From Leptolyngbyaceae cyanobacterium (lineage in GTDB: Bacteria > Cyanobacteriota > Cyanobacteriia > Phormidesmidales > Phormidesmidaceae): 64,000 nucleotides of DNA. The stretch's first letter is position 1; each line of letters begins with the position of its first letter. Made by a program: the position numbers and the translations under genes. The notes beneath the pieces were generated by a model. That model was not told where the DNA came from. It made no database searches and saw only the letters and a program-made list of their open reading frames with translations. The DNA lies in contig CBDHHL010000056.1 of NCBI GenBank assembly GCA_965263355.1, positions 2,016,001 to 2,080,000 of the forward strand, given 5' to 3'. Positions 21,924 to 32,944 of the stretch are shown here, in pieces.

Positions 21924-23426
21924 GTGGAGAAGTTTTTACCAACAATTAGTAGCTTGGTAGCCTTGGGAGAACTTGGGGCTGAGTTAACGGATTGGGAAGT
22001 TCTAAATACAGGGAATGCCGGGGAAACTCGCCATCAGGATCAATCAAAACGAGCTGAGACAGAATGGCAAGGGGCAATTTTGTCCCTAGGGCATTTACTG
22101 CAACAAACTCTGAGCTACAGTAACGACCAACAAACCATTCAATCTCGTCAAGCGTCAAAGTCTTGGAAAACAATGCCCAAAAGACCGGCTGGTTTACTGG
22201 TCAGTGGTCCGTTTCCGGTGCTTGATGCACCTGAATTAACTACTCAACTCTCTAATTGGGTATTCATCCCCCCCCCATTAGATCAGCTCTCCCAGGCATT
22301 TTCCCAACTGATGCCTGCTGATGAGCATCCCCCCATAGACACATCGGCTGCCCGAATTTTGCCCCTGATTGACGGCGATCCATTAGCGGGTGAACGCTTT
22401 TGTTTATTGCTGACCCAACAGTTTAGTGTGGTGATAGTGCTGGGACGCGATGCTGACAATGACCTGCGATTCCAGTTTTCGTTTACACCGGATGTAATTA
22501 ATCAGGTATGGCTGCTGCTGCGATCGCGCATCTGCATGACCACCCCCAAACAGCTAGACTTTCTCGATCCGCTGGTAAAAACCTTTACACCAACAGAGCC
22601 TAACTATCGAATTGTCAGTCAGTTTAGCCGTTGGATGTTATCGTCACTGCCTATACCAAAACCTCACCCGATCATAGAACGGATTGTCACTCCTCCCGAC
22701 GAATCGAACTCTAACAATGACGTCCATGGTTTAGATACTGAACTCCTGAAAGCCATGGCCCATGAAATTCGTACCCCCCTCACGACCATCCGCACCTTGA
22801 CCCGTTCCCTAATTCGCCGCCAGGATTTAGTTGATAAGGCGAAGCAGCGTCTGCAACAAATTGACAAGGCCTGCACTCAGCAAATTGATCGCTTTAATCT
22901 GATTTTCAAAGCTGTTGAGCTAGAAGCTTCAACGCACAAAGGTCATCGTTCATGCCTGACTGCTACCGCCCTGAGTGACATTATCGAGTCTGCCATTCCC
23001 CAATGGGAGCAAGCCGCCACCCGACGCAATCTCAACCTTGAGGTAACACTACCTAGAAATTTACCTATGGTGGCTAGCGATCCTACCCTGTTGCAACAAG
23101 TTCTTACTGGTTTAGTAGAACTTTTCACTCATACAGTGAGGCCAAAAGGCCAAATTCAGATGCATGTGATGTCGGCTGGCGATCAACTCAAACTAGAATT
23201 TCAGGCCGCAGTTAACCCGCTCTGTGACCAACATAGCCCCACCTTGAAATCCTTGGGCAAGTTACTGATGTTCCAACCAGACACAGGGGGCCTGAGTCTG
23301 AATTTACAAACGACAAAAGCACTTTTTGCCGCCCTAGGTGCTAAGCTCACTGTTCGAGAACGGCCCGGTGGCATCACTTGGATGGTCTTTTTGCCAATCG
23401 AAACCGCTGATTATCCGATTGTATAG
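21924..23426 (+). CDS. hik2: Sensor histidine kinase Hik2 (CSK homolog)
   Basis: GAF-like region with ERFCLLLT..FQFSF, H-box AHEIRTPLTTIRTL, atypical ATPase end MFQPDTGGLSLNL. Confidence 0.8.
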   Translation: MEKFLPTISSLVALGELGAELTDWEVLNTGNAGETRHQDQSKRAETEWQGAILSLGHLLQQTLSYSNDQQTIQSRQASKSWKTMPKRPAGLLVSGPFPVLDAPELTTQLSNWVFIPPPLDQLSQAFSQLMPADEHPPIDTSAARILPLIDGDPLAGERFCLLLTQQFSVVIVLGRDADNDLRFQFSFTPDVINQVWLLLRSRICMTTPKQLDFLDPLVKTFTPTEPNYRIVSQFSRWMLSSLPIPKPHPIIERIVTPPDESNSNNDVHGLDTELLKAMAHEIRTPLTTIRTLTRSLIRRQDLVDKAKQRLQQIDKACTQQIDRFNLIFKAVELEASTHKGHRSCLTATALSDIIESAIPQWEQAATRRNLNLEVTLPRNLPMVASDPTLLQQVLTGLVELFTHTVRPKGQIQMHVMSAGDQLKLEFQAAVNPLCDQHSPTLKSLGKLLMFQPDTGGLSLNLQTTKALFAALGAKLTVRERPGGITWMVFLPIETADYPIV

Positions 23427-23466
23427 ATGCGTTGCGACGTATTTACTTGCTAAAAGACATTTATGA

Positions 23467-24423
23467 CTAGAAGGGCAACTTCTTCTTACTCTCGCGTCCG
23501 CTCTCAAAGTCCAGCTCTTTTAGCTTCTTGAGAATACGATTAAAGTACTCACCTAAATACTCTTCAACGGTCGTAATTTCAGACTTTTCTAACCCAAAGA
23601 CACTATAAACTTCATCCATCTCAGCATCCAGGGGTGTACTACCTGCACTCACCTCAGCAAACGCCAACCGGTCAGCAAATTGCCACCCCCACTGGAAAAA
23701 GTTAGCAAACTTACGCACACCGCGTAGCAAGCCCAGGGACATAGTTGAAACTTTGGCGTCTTCTCCAGAAAGGCGCTCACATAGACGTACCAGCTCGTAA
23801 CCGCCCCACGCGCGAGTACCCGCCAAGGGAAAAGAGCGCTTGTTAGTTTCGGGTATGGTCAGTGCCCTAACCGCAAATCGGGCAATATCCTGGGTATTCA
23901 TATAAGCAATGGGAGCAGCTTCACCCATAACCCAAATCGCCTGTTTTTCTAAAAGTGGCACTGCATACTGACCAATTAAGCCTTGCAAAAAGCCACAGGG
24001 TCTCAGAATTGTATAGTTAAGCCCCGATTCCTCCAGAAACTTTTCTGTACAGTGCTTAACATCCATCAACGGCACATGGGGATACTTCTCACAATTGAGG
24101 ATCGAAATAAATACGTATTTTTCTACATTGGCATCCAGGGCTGCCTTGATCAGGTTGACCTTGCCATACCAATCAACATCATAGGCCGAATCCTGGGGTC
24201 GAGACGTAGCGGCATCGATCACAGCCGTTACGTCTTCGAAACAGGGCGGTAGCGATTTGGGGCCACAAAGATTAGCCTGTACCAGCTGCGCTCCCCACTC
24301 CCGAAGAAATGAAGCCTTCTGGAAGTTACGCACCAGGCATTTAACGTCATACCCTTCATCCAAGGCATTACGAACAATCTGACGACCCAGCGTGCCCGTT
24401 GCACCAACCACCAATATGCTCAT
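23467..24423 (-). CDS. ycf39: Ycf39 atypical SDR (PSII assembly)
   Basis: VVGATGTLGRQIVR, FLREWGA, VIDAATSRP, YPHVPLMDVKHCTE; next to petM. Confidence 0.88.
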   Translation of the reverse strand: MSILVVGATGTLGRQIVRNALDEGYDVKCLVRNFQKASFLREWGAQLVQANLCGPKSLPPCFEDVTAVIDAATSRPQDSAYDVDWYGKVNLIKAALDANVEKYVFISILNCEKYPHVPLMDVKHCTEKFLEESGLNYTILRPCGFLQGLIGQYAVPLLEKQAIWVMGEAAPIAYMNTQDIARFAVRALTIPETNKRSFPLAGTRAWGGYELVRLCERLSGEDAKVSTMSLGLLRGVRKFANFFQWGWQFADRLAFAEVSAGSTPLDAEMDEVYSVFGLEKSEITTVEEYLGEYFNRILKKLKELDFESGRESKKKLPF

Positions 24424-24607
24424 GGAGGACTCTAAACAAAACTTAACGCTTTACTCAGCTTAACAGACCTCGTATCGTTCGGAAACAAGATAAAGAACAA
24501 TCAGCGCACCAAGGCAAGCCCTAGTGCGCTGATTGTTAACTCACTCGTAAGTATGAGCGATAATTATTAAAAGTTAGACTCAAACAAGCGACCTAGAAAG
24601 CAAAGGG

Positions 24608-24712
24608 CTATTCTTCAGCCCCTTGAAGCTTAAGCATCAAAAAGCCAACGCCCAGACCCACCATGACAATGACAAACATGGTGACCGCAATTGAAAAAAT
24701 TTCTCCGCCCAT
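24608..24712 (-). CDS. petM: Cytochrome b6f subunit 7 (not in ORF track)
   Basis: MGGEIFSIAVTMFVIVMVGLGVGFLMLKLQGAEE*; GGAGG RBS. Confidence 0.93.
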   Translation of the reverse strand: MGGEIFSIAVTMFVIVMVGLGVGFLMLKLQGAEE

Positions 24713-24797
24713 GGTGCTTAATTATCCTCCTATATAGGCCTCCATTTTTGGATAAGCCATCGCTTAAAATTCTTTAATACATTCTAAAACAGTTTGG

Positions 24798-25265
24798 TCA
24801 CCTATCTTCAGTTAGGTCAACCTGCCATTGCTCATGGGCTGGACTAAAGCCGCCCCATTCTTCTTCATTAACCAACCCTGGATCACTTACTTTCTCAAAC
24901 CCTGAAAGGATAGCCAAACGCCTCAAGGGTTGAGCGCCTAAGTAGAGTTCACCATTGATTTCCCAGGTGGGATAGGCATCGATACCCACTAGATTACATA
25001 GGTCCACCTGGGGATTAAGACCACGGGAGTCACACTCTACGTAGGGTAGCGACAGGGCTGCGTCGCCAAATAGTTGTTTTTGTCTAGCGCAGTGGGGACA
25101 CCAATAAGCACCATACATTTTGGCCCCCGTATCTGATAAATACTCAGCCAGTTGGAATTCATAGCTGGGAGTGATAAGCGAGTTGAATGAAACAGTTTGG
25201 CAGCTTGCGATCGCTGCCCCCATCACTATCCCCAAGCAGCCCATTAATGAACTTTTTTGAATCAT
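24798..25265 (-). CDS. Thioredoxin-like lipoprotein (resembles the VKOR C-terminal domain)
   Basis: Lipobox IASC, MYGAYWCPHC, YVEC, YPTWEING. Confidence 0.8.
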   Translation of the reverse strand: MIQKSSLMGCLGIVMGAAIASCQTVSFNSLITPSYEFQLAEYLSDTGAKMYGAYWCPHCARQKQLFGDAALSLPYVECDSRGLNPQVDLCNLVGIDAYPTWEINGELYLGAQPLRRLAILSGFEKVSDPGLVNEEEWGGFSPAHEQWQVDLTEDR

Positions 25266-25290
25266 GACACCTGCCCCGAACAACGACAAT

Positions 25291-25366
25291 TAAACCTTGT
25301 CCACGTCCAGAACGGTCGTTTTTCTAGTGAAGAATCTACAGGTTTCATCAACTTGGACGTGATTTA
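25291..25366. mobile_element. MITE-like dispersed element, copy 2
   Basis: TAAACCTTGTCCACGTCCAG...CTACAGGTTT...TTGGACGTGATTTA. Confidence 0.65.
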
Positions 25367-25572
25367 ACTAACATCGCCCTCCTCATGCGACTAGCTGGCT
25401 TCAACCGCCCGAAATTGTGGGTGATGATTTCCAGGGTGGTTTCCCGCACACGATTCCTAAGGAAGCTGCCACAATGGAACCAACTTTTGACCAATGGTCC
25501 ACATCCTCAACAGTGCCTTCACTAGGGCTAAGAGTTTTTTTGAGGGCCGTGATTGTCTTAGAGAATGACCCC

Positions 25573-26751
25573 ATGAAGCCTTTTGATCTACCCACGCCGT
25601 TTAGCGATCTTATTACCCGGTGGCTAATCACTTGTTTTTCCACCGTAGTACTATTTTTGTCTGGTATCCAACCAGTAGACGCCCTCACCCAGACAGCCGT
25701 TGAAGCACCAGCGCCGTTATCAGGTGAAAGCTTTGTTGCTGCCGCCGTAAAACGAGTTGGTGACGCCGTTGTCCGCATCGACACTGAGCGTACCATCACC
25801 CGTAACGTCCCAGATTTACTCTACGACGATCCCCTATTTAGAGGCTTCTTTGGACCCGATACATTTCAACGTATCCCTCATCAAGAAAGGCTCAGCGGCC
25901 AGGGATCTGGCTTCATCGTAGATAGCAACGGCTACATTCTCACTAATGCCCATGTCGTCAATCAAGCTGATCGCGTTACCGTCACCCTTAAAGATGGTCG
26001 TCACTTTGATGGCACGGTTGAAGGGGCTGATGAGCTGACTGATCTAGCCGTCGTCAAAATCGATGCAGACAATGAAAACCTGCCTGTAGCTTCCTTAGGA
26101 AACTCTGACACCGTAGACGTCGGCGACTGGGCAATCGCCGTAGGTAACCCCCTAGGATTAGATAACACCGTTACCCTTGGTATCGTCAGTACCCTTAAGC
26201 GCTCGAGTGCAACCGTTGGCATCCCCGATAAACGGCTTGATTTCATTCAAACGGATGCAGCTATCAATCCCGGTAATTCAGGTGGTCCCCTCCTAAACAG
26301 TCAAGGCGACGTCATCGGCATTAATACAGCAATTCGTGCAGATGCTATGGGTATTGGCTTCGCTATCCCCATTAATAAAGCTAAATCGATTCAAACTCAG
26401 CTTGCTCACGGTGAACGTATCGCCCATCCATATCTAGGTGTTCAAATTGCTGATTTAACTCCAGAAATGGCAAAGCGTAACAATGACGATCCTAATGCCA
26501 GTATGCTCATTCCAGAAGTGAATGGCGTTTTAGTTGTGCGTGTTCTGCCTGATACACCTGCTGCTAATGCAGGTCTGCGCCGGGGTGATGTGATTACTGA
26601 AATCGATGGTGAGCAGTTTGAAACCGCTAATCAACTCCAAACGTACGTTGATCAAGTCAAAGTTGGTCAGCGCCTAAGACTCAGTCTGCGTCGGGGCGAG
26701 CAAACTCAAACCCTCACTGTTAAAGCTGCCGAACTGGATCTTGACACATAG
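25573..26751 (+). CDS. hhoA: HhoA/HtrA (Deg) serine protease with PDZ domain
   Basis: GQGSGFIV, LTNAHVV, DLAVVKI, QTDAAINPGNSGGPL, one PDZ; start uncertain. Confidence 0.85.
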   Translation: MKPFDLPTPFSDLITRWLITCFSTVVLFLSGIQPVDALTQTAVEAPAPLSGESFVAAAVKRVGDAVVRIDTERTITRNVPDLLYDDPLFRGFFGPDTFQRIPHQERLSGQGSGFIVDSNGYILTNAHVVNQADRVTVTLKDGRHFDGTVEGADELTDLAVVKIDADNENLPVASLGNSDTVDVGDWAIAVGNPLGLDNTVTLGIVSTLKRSSATVGIPDKRLDFIQTDAAINPGNSGGPLLNSQGDVIGINTAIRADAMGIGFAIPINKAKSIQTQLAHGERIAHPYLGVQIADLTPEMAKRNNDDPNASMLIPEVNGVLVVRVLPDTPAANAGLRRGDVITEIDGEQFETANQLQTYVDQVKVGQRLRLSLRRGEQTQTLTVKAAELDLDT

Positions 26752-26773
26752 TTTTAGCGTTTTGCACATAACG

Positions 26774-26808
26774 CAAAAAGGGATGGGGCTTAGCCCTATC
26801 CCTTTTTG
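26774..26808. terminator. Bidirectional terminator (hhoA / rpoC2)
   Basis: CAAAAAGGGATGGGGC-TTA-GCCCTATCCCTTTTTG. Confidence 0.85.
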
Positions 26809-26869
26809 TATACATTGTCGTCAAAGACTCTCCCAAATTGTAAAAGCCACAAGCCTTTACAAATAGCCC

Positions 26870-29800
26870 TTAAGGAGCAGCCGTTTTATCATCAATCAAT
26901 GCATTATCATCCAAAAACGGTGATGGGGGGGCTGTCTTAGGATCAGCTCCTTCTGGTGCAGGCGTTCCAGGAGCACCACCCAACATATCATCCGTAAACA
27001 TATTGAGCCCACCTTCACGATCATAAGCACGGGCAGTACGGTCATCCAGAACCATATCCTGTAAAGCCATATCATCCGACAGAAATGCCTTATCAAAGGC
27101 CGGGTCAATCTCTGGTGTTGAACGCTCTTCATACGCGTTAAACCCGGTTCCAGCAGGAATCAAACGACCAATAATGACATTCTCCTTGAGACCTCGTAAC
27201 CAGTCAGACTTACCTTCAATCGCCGCTTCCGTCAGGACCCGAGTGGTCTCCTGGAAACTCGCCGCTGAAATAAAGCTATCGGTATTCAGAGACGCCTTGG
27301 TAATCCCCAGTAGTACAGGAGTATACTCAGCTGGAGCCCCCCCGGTGATAGACATCGCTTCATTCACCTGCTCTAGCTGACGAATCTCCACAAGTTCTCC
27401 AGGTAGCATCGTCGTATCACCACCGTCCTCTACACGAGCCTTAGACGTCATCTGCCTGACAATCACTTCAATGTGTTTGTCAGCAATATCAATACCCTGA
27501 GACTGGTATACAGACTGGACCTCATTCACCAAGAACGTTTGCACCTGCTGCAGACTAATCATCGCAGACTCATGCACACCTTTACTCTCACGGTGATACT
27601 TAAAGAAGAACTCAAGAATTTGATGAGGATTGAGAGGGCCATCGGTCAATGGTTCTGCTAGGCTCACCTGCTGACTATCAGAGACAATCATCGGCTGCCC
27701 AGGAGCAATTGGGTACTCTGTCACCACACCATCGTCTTCAACAATCTTCACTTCTACTGTTTCATCATCACCATAAACAACCTGGGCACTACCAGGTCGT
27801 TCTGCTAAGACACAAGCTTCCTTAGGCTTACGAGCCTCCAGCAGCTCTTCAATACGAGGTAGACCTTGAATAATATCACCAGTCTTAGCTCGCTCAAAGA
27901 TCAGTAGTACTAAGTTATCACCTCGTTGGACCAAGTCACCGTCCTCAATATGGAGAACCGCACCTGTCGATACTCGATAAGGACGCGCAATACGTAGAAC
28001 CACACTGCCATCGCTCACATCAACAACCTGACCAGATTCTTGAGAAGCAATCCCTTCAGCTAAAACATGACCATCAACTATTAAGTCACCAGCTTTCACC
28101 ACTGGAGACTTACCCTGTAAATCAAAGGTTATCAAATCGCTATTGCGAACAACCAGAATACGGCGGACAGACTCGACATCTTGACGAATACCACGGACTT
28201 CCCCAGCCTCTTTGACCTGGATCTCAGTACGGGCAACAACAGCACCAGGTTGTATCTCCTGACCTTCTTCTACAAGCAAGTGAGTTTGGGTACTTCCTTG
28301 AGTTTGATCAGCCGCAATGTCACGACGAATGACTAAAGTCTCCAGAATAACTAACTGGAGTCGCTGAACATCAGGGTTCTCCCGATCAGATATCAGCTCA
28401 ATATCTGCCGTCAGCTGTGACGGCTCATCCACATTGAGGACCAGCTGAGTTCGCAGAAGCTCCACACCATCAACCGATTTAACCCGCTCACCATCCTTAT
28501 AAAAGACACGTTGAATCGCAGCAATGCCAATGGAATTATCATCACTGTCACTAACCGAATATTGGCGAGGAACTTCAGGAACTTCAGGAACTTCAAATTC
28601 CTGCACAGGACGTAACAGAAGTGCGGCACCCTCTGGAGTTTCAACATACTCAACAAATCGCAGAGCCTCTGCAGTCACACCAGGAATAACTTCTTCACCA
28701 GCACTAACTAAAACACCATCTTTACCACTGGTGGCATCTGGGCTATCTACCATGTGGATAGCCCCCGGTTTAATGACAATCTCCCGTAGAATGTCATTTT
28801 TCTGAGTCACTTCAACCACGCCGCTCATTTGGCAGAAGATGTCCTTAACGACTTCGGTGCCAGCCTCAATGTACTGACCATCTTCCACCATTAACAGGGA
28901 TATATCCTTATTAACCTCATGGGCCTCTTCTGGAATCCACAGAATTGTTCCCCCTTGGGTTACCTCATAGCCCTGTTTACCCTTACTTTTCTTAGCAACC
29001 TCCACACCCGAAAACTTAATGATGCCACCACTTTGAGTATGGTAAGTATCATCTACCAATTCTGCAATTACTTGGCCACCGTTTACCTTGGCACCTGGTG
29101 TAGCGATCAAAGAGTAACGCACCCCTTTATCTGTCTGGAGAAAATAATGTTCCCGCCCTTGTCCGCTTTCAACGCTTACTTCAGTGGTATCCAACATCAC
29201 CGAGGCCGTAATAATTTCAACTTCACGGCTACCCTTACTGTCAGACCGATCAGGTAAGCGCACCACACCTCCTCTTTCAGTAACAATTTTGGTTTCAGCC
29301 AAAATGCCACTCGAATCGATCATGTCACCATTTTTAACTGTAGGCTCTGCACCAGGGGGAAGGTTATATACCTCACCAGAAAGCACCCACAACAAGCCTC
29401 CACGTTGAGCCATCTTAGTAATATTGCCCTGGCGGTCCTTTTTCTCTTCTTGCACTAGGCCAGCAAACAATACCTCACCTGACATATCAGAGGTAACGTC
29501 CTTACTGGCTTTCTCTGTCACTTTACGAACCCGACCAGTAGTAGGCAATTCTGCAATTAGGTCTCCTTTTTCCAGGGTAGCCCCATTAGCCACAAAGACA
29601 ATTGAGCCTTGAGGTAAGGAAACAACACGTGTCTTACTATTCTCCATAACGAGCTTGGCTTCCGTGTTTGCCTCCATCACCAGGGCATCTTCACCATGGC
29701 GAGTCCGGAAAGCTCGACTCCGCACTTCTTCAGGCATTTGGAACGTACCAGCCACCTTGGCACGAACTTGAGGAGCTAATTCACCAGTAAAGGTGCCACC

Positions 29801-30844
29801 TGTGTGGAATGTACGCATGGTAAGCTGAGTACCCGGTTCACCAATAGATTGGGCAGCAATAATCCCTACAGCTTCACCCAAATCCACCATGTGGGAGTGG
29901 GCTAAGCTCCAACCATAGCAGTGTTGACATACAGAACGGGCTGCTTCACAGGTCAGCGCAGAACGCACTTTAACTTCTTTAATCCCAGAAGCATCAACAG
30001 CTTTAGCCATATCCGCGTCCAAGGGTTGATTGCGCGGCACAACCACCTCACCTGTTTCAGGATGAATAGCATCTTCAGCCAAAACTCGGCCTAACAGCTT
30101 ATCTTCAAGCGAAATTAACACCCGCTCACCATCAGTCATGGCACTTAATGGGATACAGCGATCAGTACCACAGTCAATTTCACGAATAATGACATCCTGC
30201 GATACGTCCACCAAGCGGCGGGTCAGATAACCAGAATCTGCTGTGCGTAGCGCAGTATCTACAAGACCTTTACGCGCACCATAGGAAGAAATAATATACT
30301 CGGTAACAGTCAACCCTTCTCGGAAATTAGTCTTAATCGGCAGGTCAATAATTTCCCCTTGAGGATTCGCCATCAATCCTCTCATACCCACTAGCTGACG
30401 TACCTGAGAGATATTACCGCGAGCCCCAGAGAATGCCATCATGTAGACCGAGTTAAGTGGATTATTCTCCTTGAAATTACGGACTACTTCATTTTTCAGC
30501 TCTTCGCTGGTTTCGTTCCAGGTATCAATTACTTTCTGGAATCGCTCTACCTCTGTAATCTCTCCCCGAGTGTAGCGCTCCTCCGTATCGCGAATTTCCT
30601 GCTCTGCAGCATCTAGGAGTTTGCGCTTACTAGGAGGCACTTGCAAATCTTCAACACTGATGGAAACCCCGGCACGGGTAGCATATTTAAAGCCAAGGGA
30701 CTTGATCTCATCAGCCATGGCTGATGTACGAGCTGTACCATAATTATCAAATGACCAAGAGATCAGCTTCTTTAGCTGCTTCTTATCAATAATGCGATTG
30801 CGAAAAATAATGGAGTTGGCTTGTTCGTTACCTTGATCTGCCAT
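26870..30844 (-). CDS. rpoC2: RNA polymerase beta'' subunit
   Basis: [42 protein letters not shown], large SI3 insertion, SAASFQETT. Confidence 0.98.
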   Translation of the reverse strand: MADQGNEQANSIIFRNRIIDKKQLKKLISWSFDNYGTARTSAMADEIKSLGFKYATRAGVSISVEDLQVPPSKRKLLDAAEQEIRDTEERYTRGEITEVERFQKVIDTWNETSEELKNEVVRNFKENNPLNSVYMMAFSGARGNISQVRQLVGMRGLMANPQGEIIDLPIKTNFREGLTVTEYIISSYGARKGLVDTALRTADSGYLTRRLVDVSQDVIIREIDCGTDRCIPLSAMTDGERVLISLEDKLLGRVLAEDAIHPETGEVVVPRNQPLDADMAKAVDASGIKEVKVRSALTCEAARSVCQHCYGWSLAHSHMVDLGEAVGIIAAQSIGEPGTQLTMRTFHTGGTFTGELAPQVRAKVAGTFQMPEEVRSRAFRTRHGEDALVMEANTEAKLVMENSKTRVVSLPQGSIVFVANGATLEKGDLIAELPTTGRVRKVTEKASKDVTSDMSGEVLFAGLVQEEKKDRQGNITKMAQRGGLLWVLSGEVYNLPPGAEPTVKNGDMIDSSGILAETKIVTERGGVVRLPDRSDSKGSREVEIITASVMLDTTEVSVESGQGREHYFLQTDKGVRYSLIATPGAKVNGGQVIAELVDDTYHTQSGGIIKFSGVEVAKKSKGKQGYEVTQGGTILWIPEEAHEVNKDISLLMVEDGQYIEAGTEVVKDIFCQMSGVVEVTQKNDILREIVIKPGAIHMVDSPDATSGKDGVLVSAGEEVIPGVTAEALRFVEYVETPEGAALLLRPVQEFEVPEVPEVPRQYSVSDSDDNSIGIAAIQRVFYKDGERVKSVDGVELLRTQLVLNVDEPSQLTADIELISDRENPDVQRLQLVILETLVIRRDIAADQTQGSTQTHLLVEEGQEIQPGAVVARTEIQVKEAGEVRGIRQDVESVRRILVVRNSDLITFDLQGKSPVVKAGDLIVDGHVLAEGIASQESGQVVDVSDGSVVLRIARPYRVSTGAVLHIEDGDLVQRGDNLVLLIFERAKTGDIIQGLPRIEELLEARKPKEACVLAERPGSAQVVYGDDETVEVKIVEDDGVVTEYPIAPGQPMIVSDSQQVSLAEPLTDGPLNPHQILEFFFKYHRESKGVHESAMISLQQVQTFLVNEVQSVYQSQGIDIADKHIEVIVRQMTSKARVEDGGDTTMLPGELVEIRQLEQVNEAMSITGGAPAEYTPVLLGITKASLNTDSFISAASFQETTRVLTEAAIEGKSDWLRGLKENVIIGRLIPAGTGFNAYEERSTPEIDPAFDKAFLSDDMALQDMVLDDRTARAYDREGGLNMFTDDMLGGAPGTPAPEGADPKTAPPSPFLDDNALIDDKTAAP

Positions 30845-30906
30845 GGGAACTCTCTGCCTCAACGGAATTAATGGCTAACTGAATAGATAAAAACGGAATT
30901 TGGGTT

Positions 30907-32772
30907 CTAATGGGCAAGCGCCGCATGCACAGCATGGTTGTAAATAATGCGTCCAGGAGTTGTATAAAGATGTTGCGATAGGAGATTACCTTCACTATCT
31001 TCGCGAACACGACGACTTGCATAACGTTTAGTCACCATTCCATCGCCGTTATCAATCACTTCAGTCGGTTCACTATCGTCATCTACGGGGCCATCAAACC
31101 GAAGCCAAACCCAAGCATGGAGGTCTACAACGCCTTGCTCATAGGCAATAATGGCATCTTCCATACTAGCGAAATTGGAATCTGCCCCCTTTTGTTCATA
31201 AGGATTTTCTGCTGTCAGGTAATAACAGCCCAACACCATATCCTGACTAGGAGTAATGATGGGTCGACCTGTTGCAGGGGACAACACATTGTTAGATGCC
31301 AACATCAACAACCGTGCCTCAGACTGTGCTTCGAGGGATAGGGGCACATGTACCGCCATCTGGTCACCATCGAAATCAGCATTAAAAGCTGGACAAACTA
31401 GGGGATGTAGTTGCAACGCACGTCCTTCCACTAGCATTGGCTCAAAGGCCTGGATCCCTAAACGGTGAAGTGTAGGAGCACGGTTAAGCATCACCGGATG
31501 ATTCTCAATCACCTCCTCTAACACGCTCCAAATACTTGGGTCGTTACGCTGAATCAGTTTCTTGGCAGCCTTAATATTGTTTACCAATCCCTGTCGAATC
31601 AAACGATGAATCACAAAGGGTTGGAAGAGTTCAATCGCCATTTCACGGGGTAAACCACATTGGTGAATTTTGAGGTTAGGTCCAACCACAATTACCGAAC
31701 GACCAGAGTAGTCAACCCGCTTACCTAATAAATTTTGTCGAAAACGCCCCTGTTTACCCTCAATAATGTCCGAAAGCGATTTCAGTGGACGATTGTTAGC
31801 TCCCACGACTGTACGACCTCGACGACCGTTATCGATTAGAGCATCTACAGCCTCCTGAAGCATCCGTTTTTCATTGCGGACAATTATCTCAGGGGCCAAA
31901 ATTTCCTGCAGTCGTGCCAGGCGATTATTTCGGTTAATCACACGACGATAGAGGTCATTTAAATCTGATGTAGCAAATCGACCACCGTCCAACTGCACCA
32001 TGGGACGTAAATCCGGAGGGATTACTGGGATGACATCCAAGACCATCCAATCTGGGCGGGAGCCGGTAGCAATAAAGTTATCGATCACGCGCAGACGTTT
32101 GATCAACTTTGCTCGCTTCTGTCCCTTAGAATTATCAATATTTTCCCGCAGTTGCTCAGCGACTATTTCCAGTTCTAAATCTTGTAACAGTCGCTGCAGA
32201 GCCTCCGCCCCGATACCAACCTCAATCCCAGAAAGATCGGATTCTTCATCATAAAGCTGATCTTCAAGCTCAATCCACTGGTCCTCTGTCAGCAATTGCT
32301 TATAGCTAAGGCTTTCTGCATTACCTGCATCCAGAACAACATAGGCATTGAAATAGACAATCTGCTCCACATCCCTCAAGGGCATATCCAGCAAAATTGC
32401 AATGTAGCTAGGAATACCCTTGAGATACCAAACATGAGCAACTGGAGCCGCTAATTTGATATACCCCATACGGTGACGACGTACTCGTGACTCAGTCACC
32501 TCAACACCACAGCGCTCACAAACAATGCCACGATGACGTACCCGCTTGTACTTACCACAGTGACACTCCCAGTCCTTCGCAGGGCCAAAAATGCGTTCAC
32601 AGAAAAGCCCATCCATTTCAGGCTTTAAGGTTCTGTAGTTAATCGTTTCCGGCTTGGTTACTTCACCAACCACTGTACCGTTGGGAAGCGTACGTTCACC
32701 CCATTGGCGAATACGGTCAGGCGAAGCCAGGCCGATTTTGACATAGTCAAAGCGCTGTTCTAGTTTTGGCAT
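30907..32772 (-). CDS. rpoC1: RNA polymerase gamma subunit
   Basis: KPETINYRT, zinc finger, [12 protein letters not shown]. Confidence 0.98.
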   Translation of the reverse strand: MPKLEQRFDYVKIGLASPDRIRQWGERTLPNGTVVGEVTKPETINYRTLKPEMDGLFCERIFGPAKDWECHCGKYKRVRHRGIVCERCGVEVTESRVRRHRMGYIKLAAPVAHVWYLKGIPSYIAILLDMPLRDVEQIVYFNAYVVLDAGNAESLSYKQLLTEDQWIELEDQLYDEESDLSGIEVGIGAEALQRLLQDLELEIVAEQLRENIDNSKGQKRAKLIKRLRVIDNFIATGSRPDWMVLDVIPVIPPDLRPMVQLDGGRFATSDLNDLYRRVINRNNRLARLQEILAPEIIVRNEKRMLQEAVDALIDNGRRGRTVVGANNRPLKSLSDIIEGKQGRFRQNLLGKRVDYSGRSVIVVGPNLKIHQCGLPREMAIELFQPFVIHRLIRQGLVNNIKAAKKLIQRNDPSIWSVLEEVIENHPVMLNRAPTLHRLGIQAFEPMLVEGRALQLHPLVCPAFNADFDGDQMAVHVPLSLEAQSEARLLMLASNNVLSPATGRPIITPSQDMVLGCYYLTAENPYEQKGADSNFASMEDAIIAYEQGVVDLHAWVWLRFDGPVDDDSEPTEVIDNGDGMVTKRYASRRVREDSEGNLLSQHLYTTPGRIIYNHAVHAALAH

Positions 32773-32944
32773 TCTCTTGATTCCTTGTACACGGCCTATA
32801 CATCAGGACATAGTTTTGGCTTGAAAATCGATAAAAAGTATGCTTTTCACCGATTCTGAGGCGATCGCAACAGCATTCAGTTTATTGTTAGTTGCTTGAA
32901 ATACTGCTTCAAACAAACGACCAAACACTTAGTTATTCAAACGG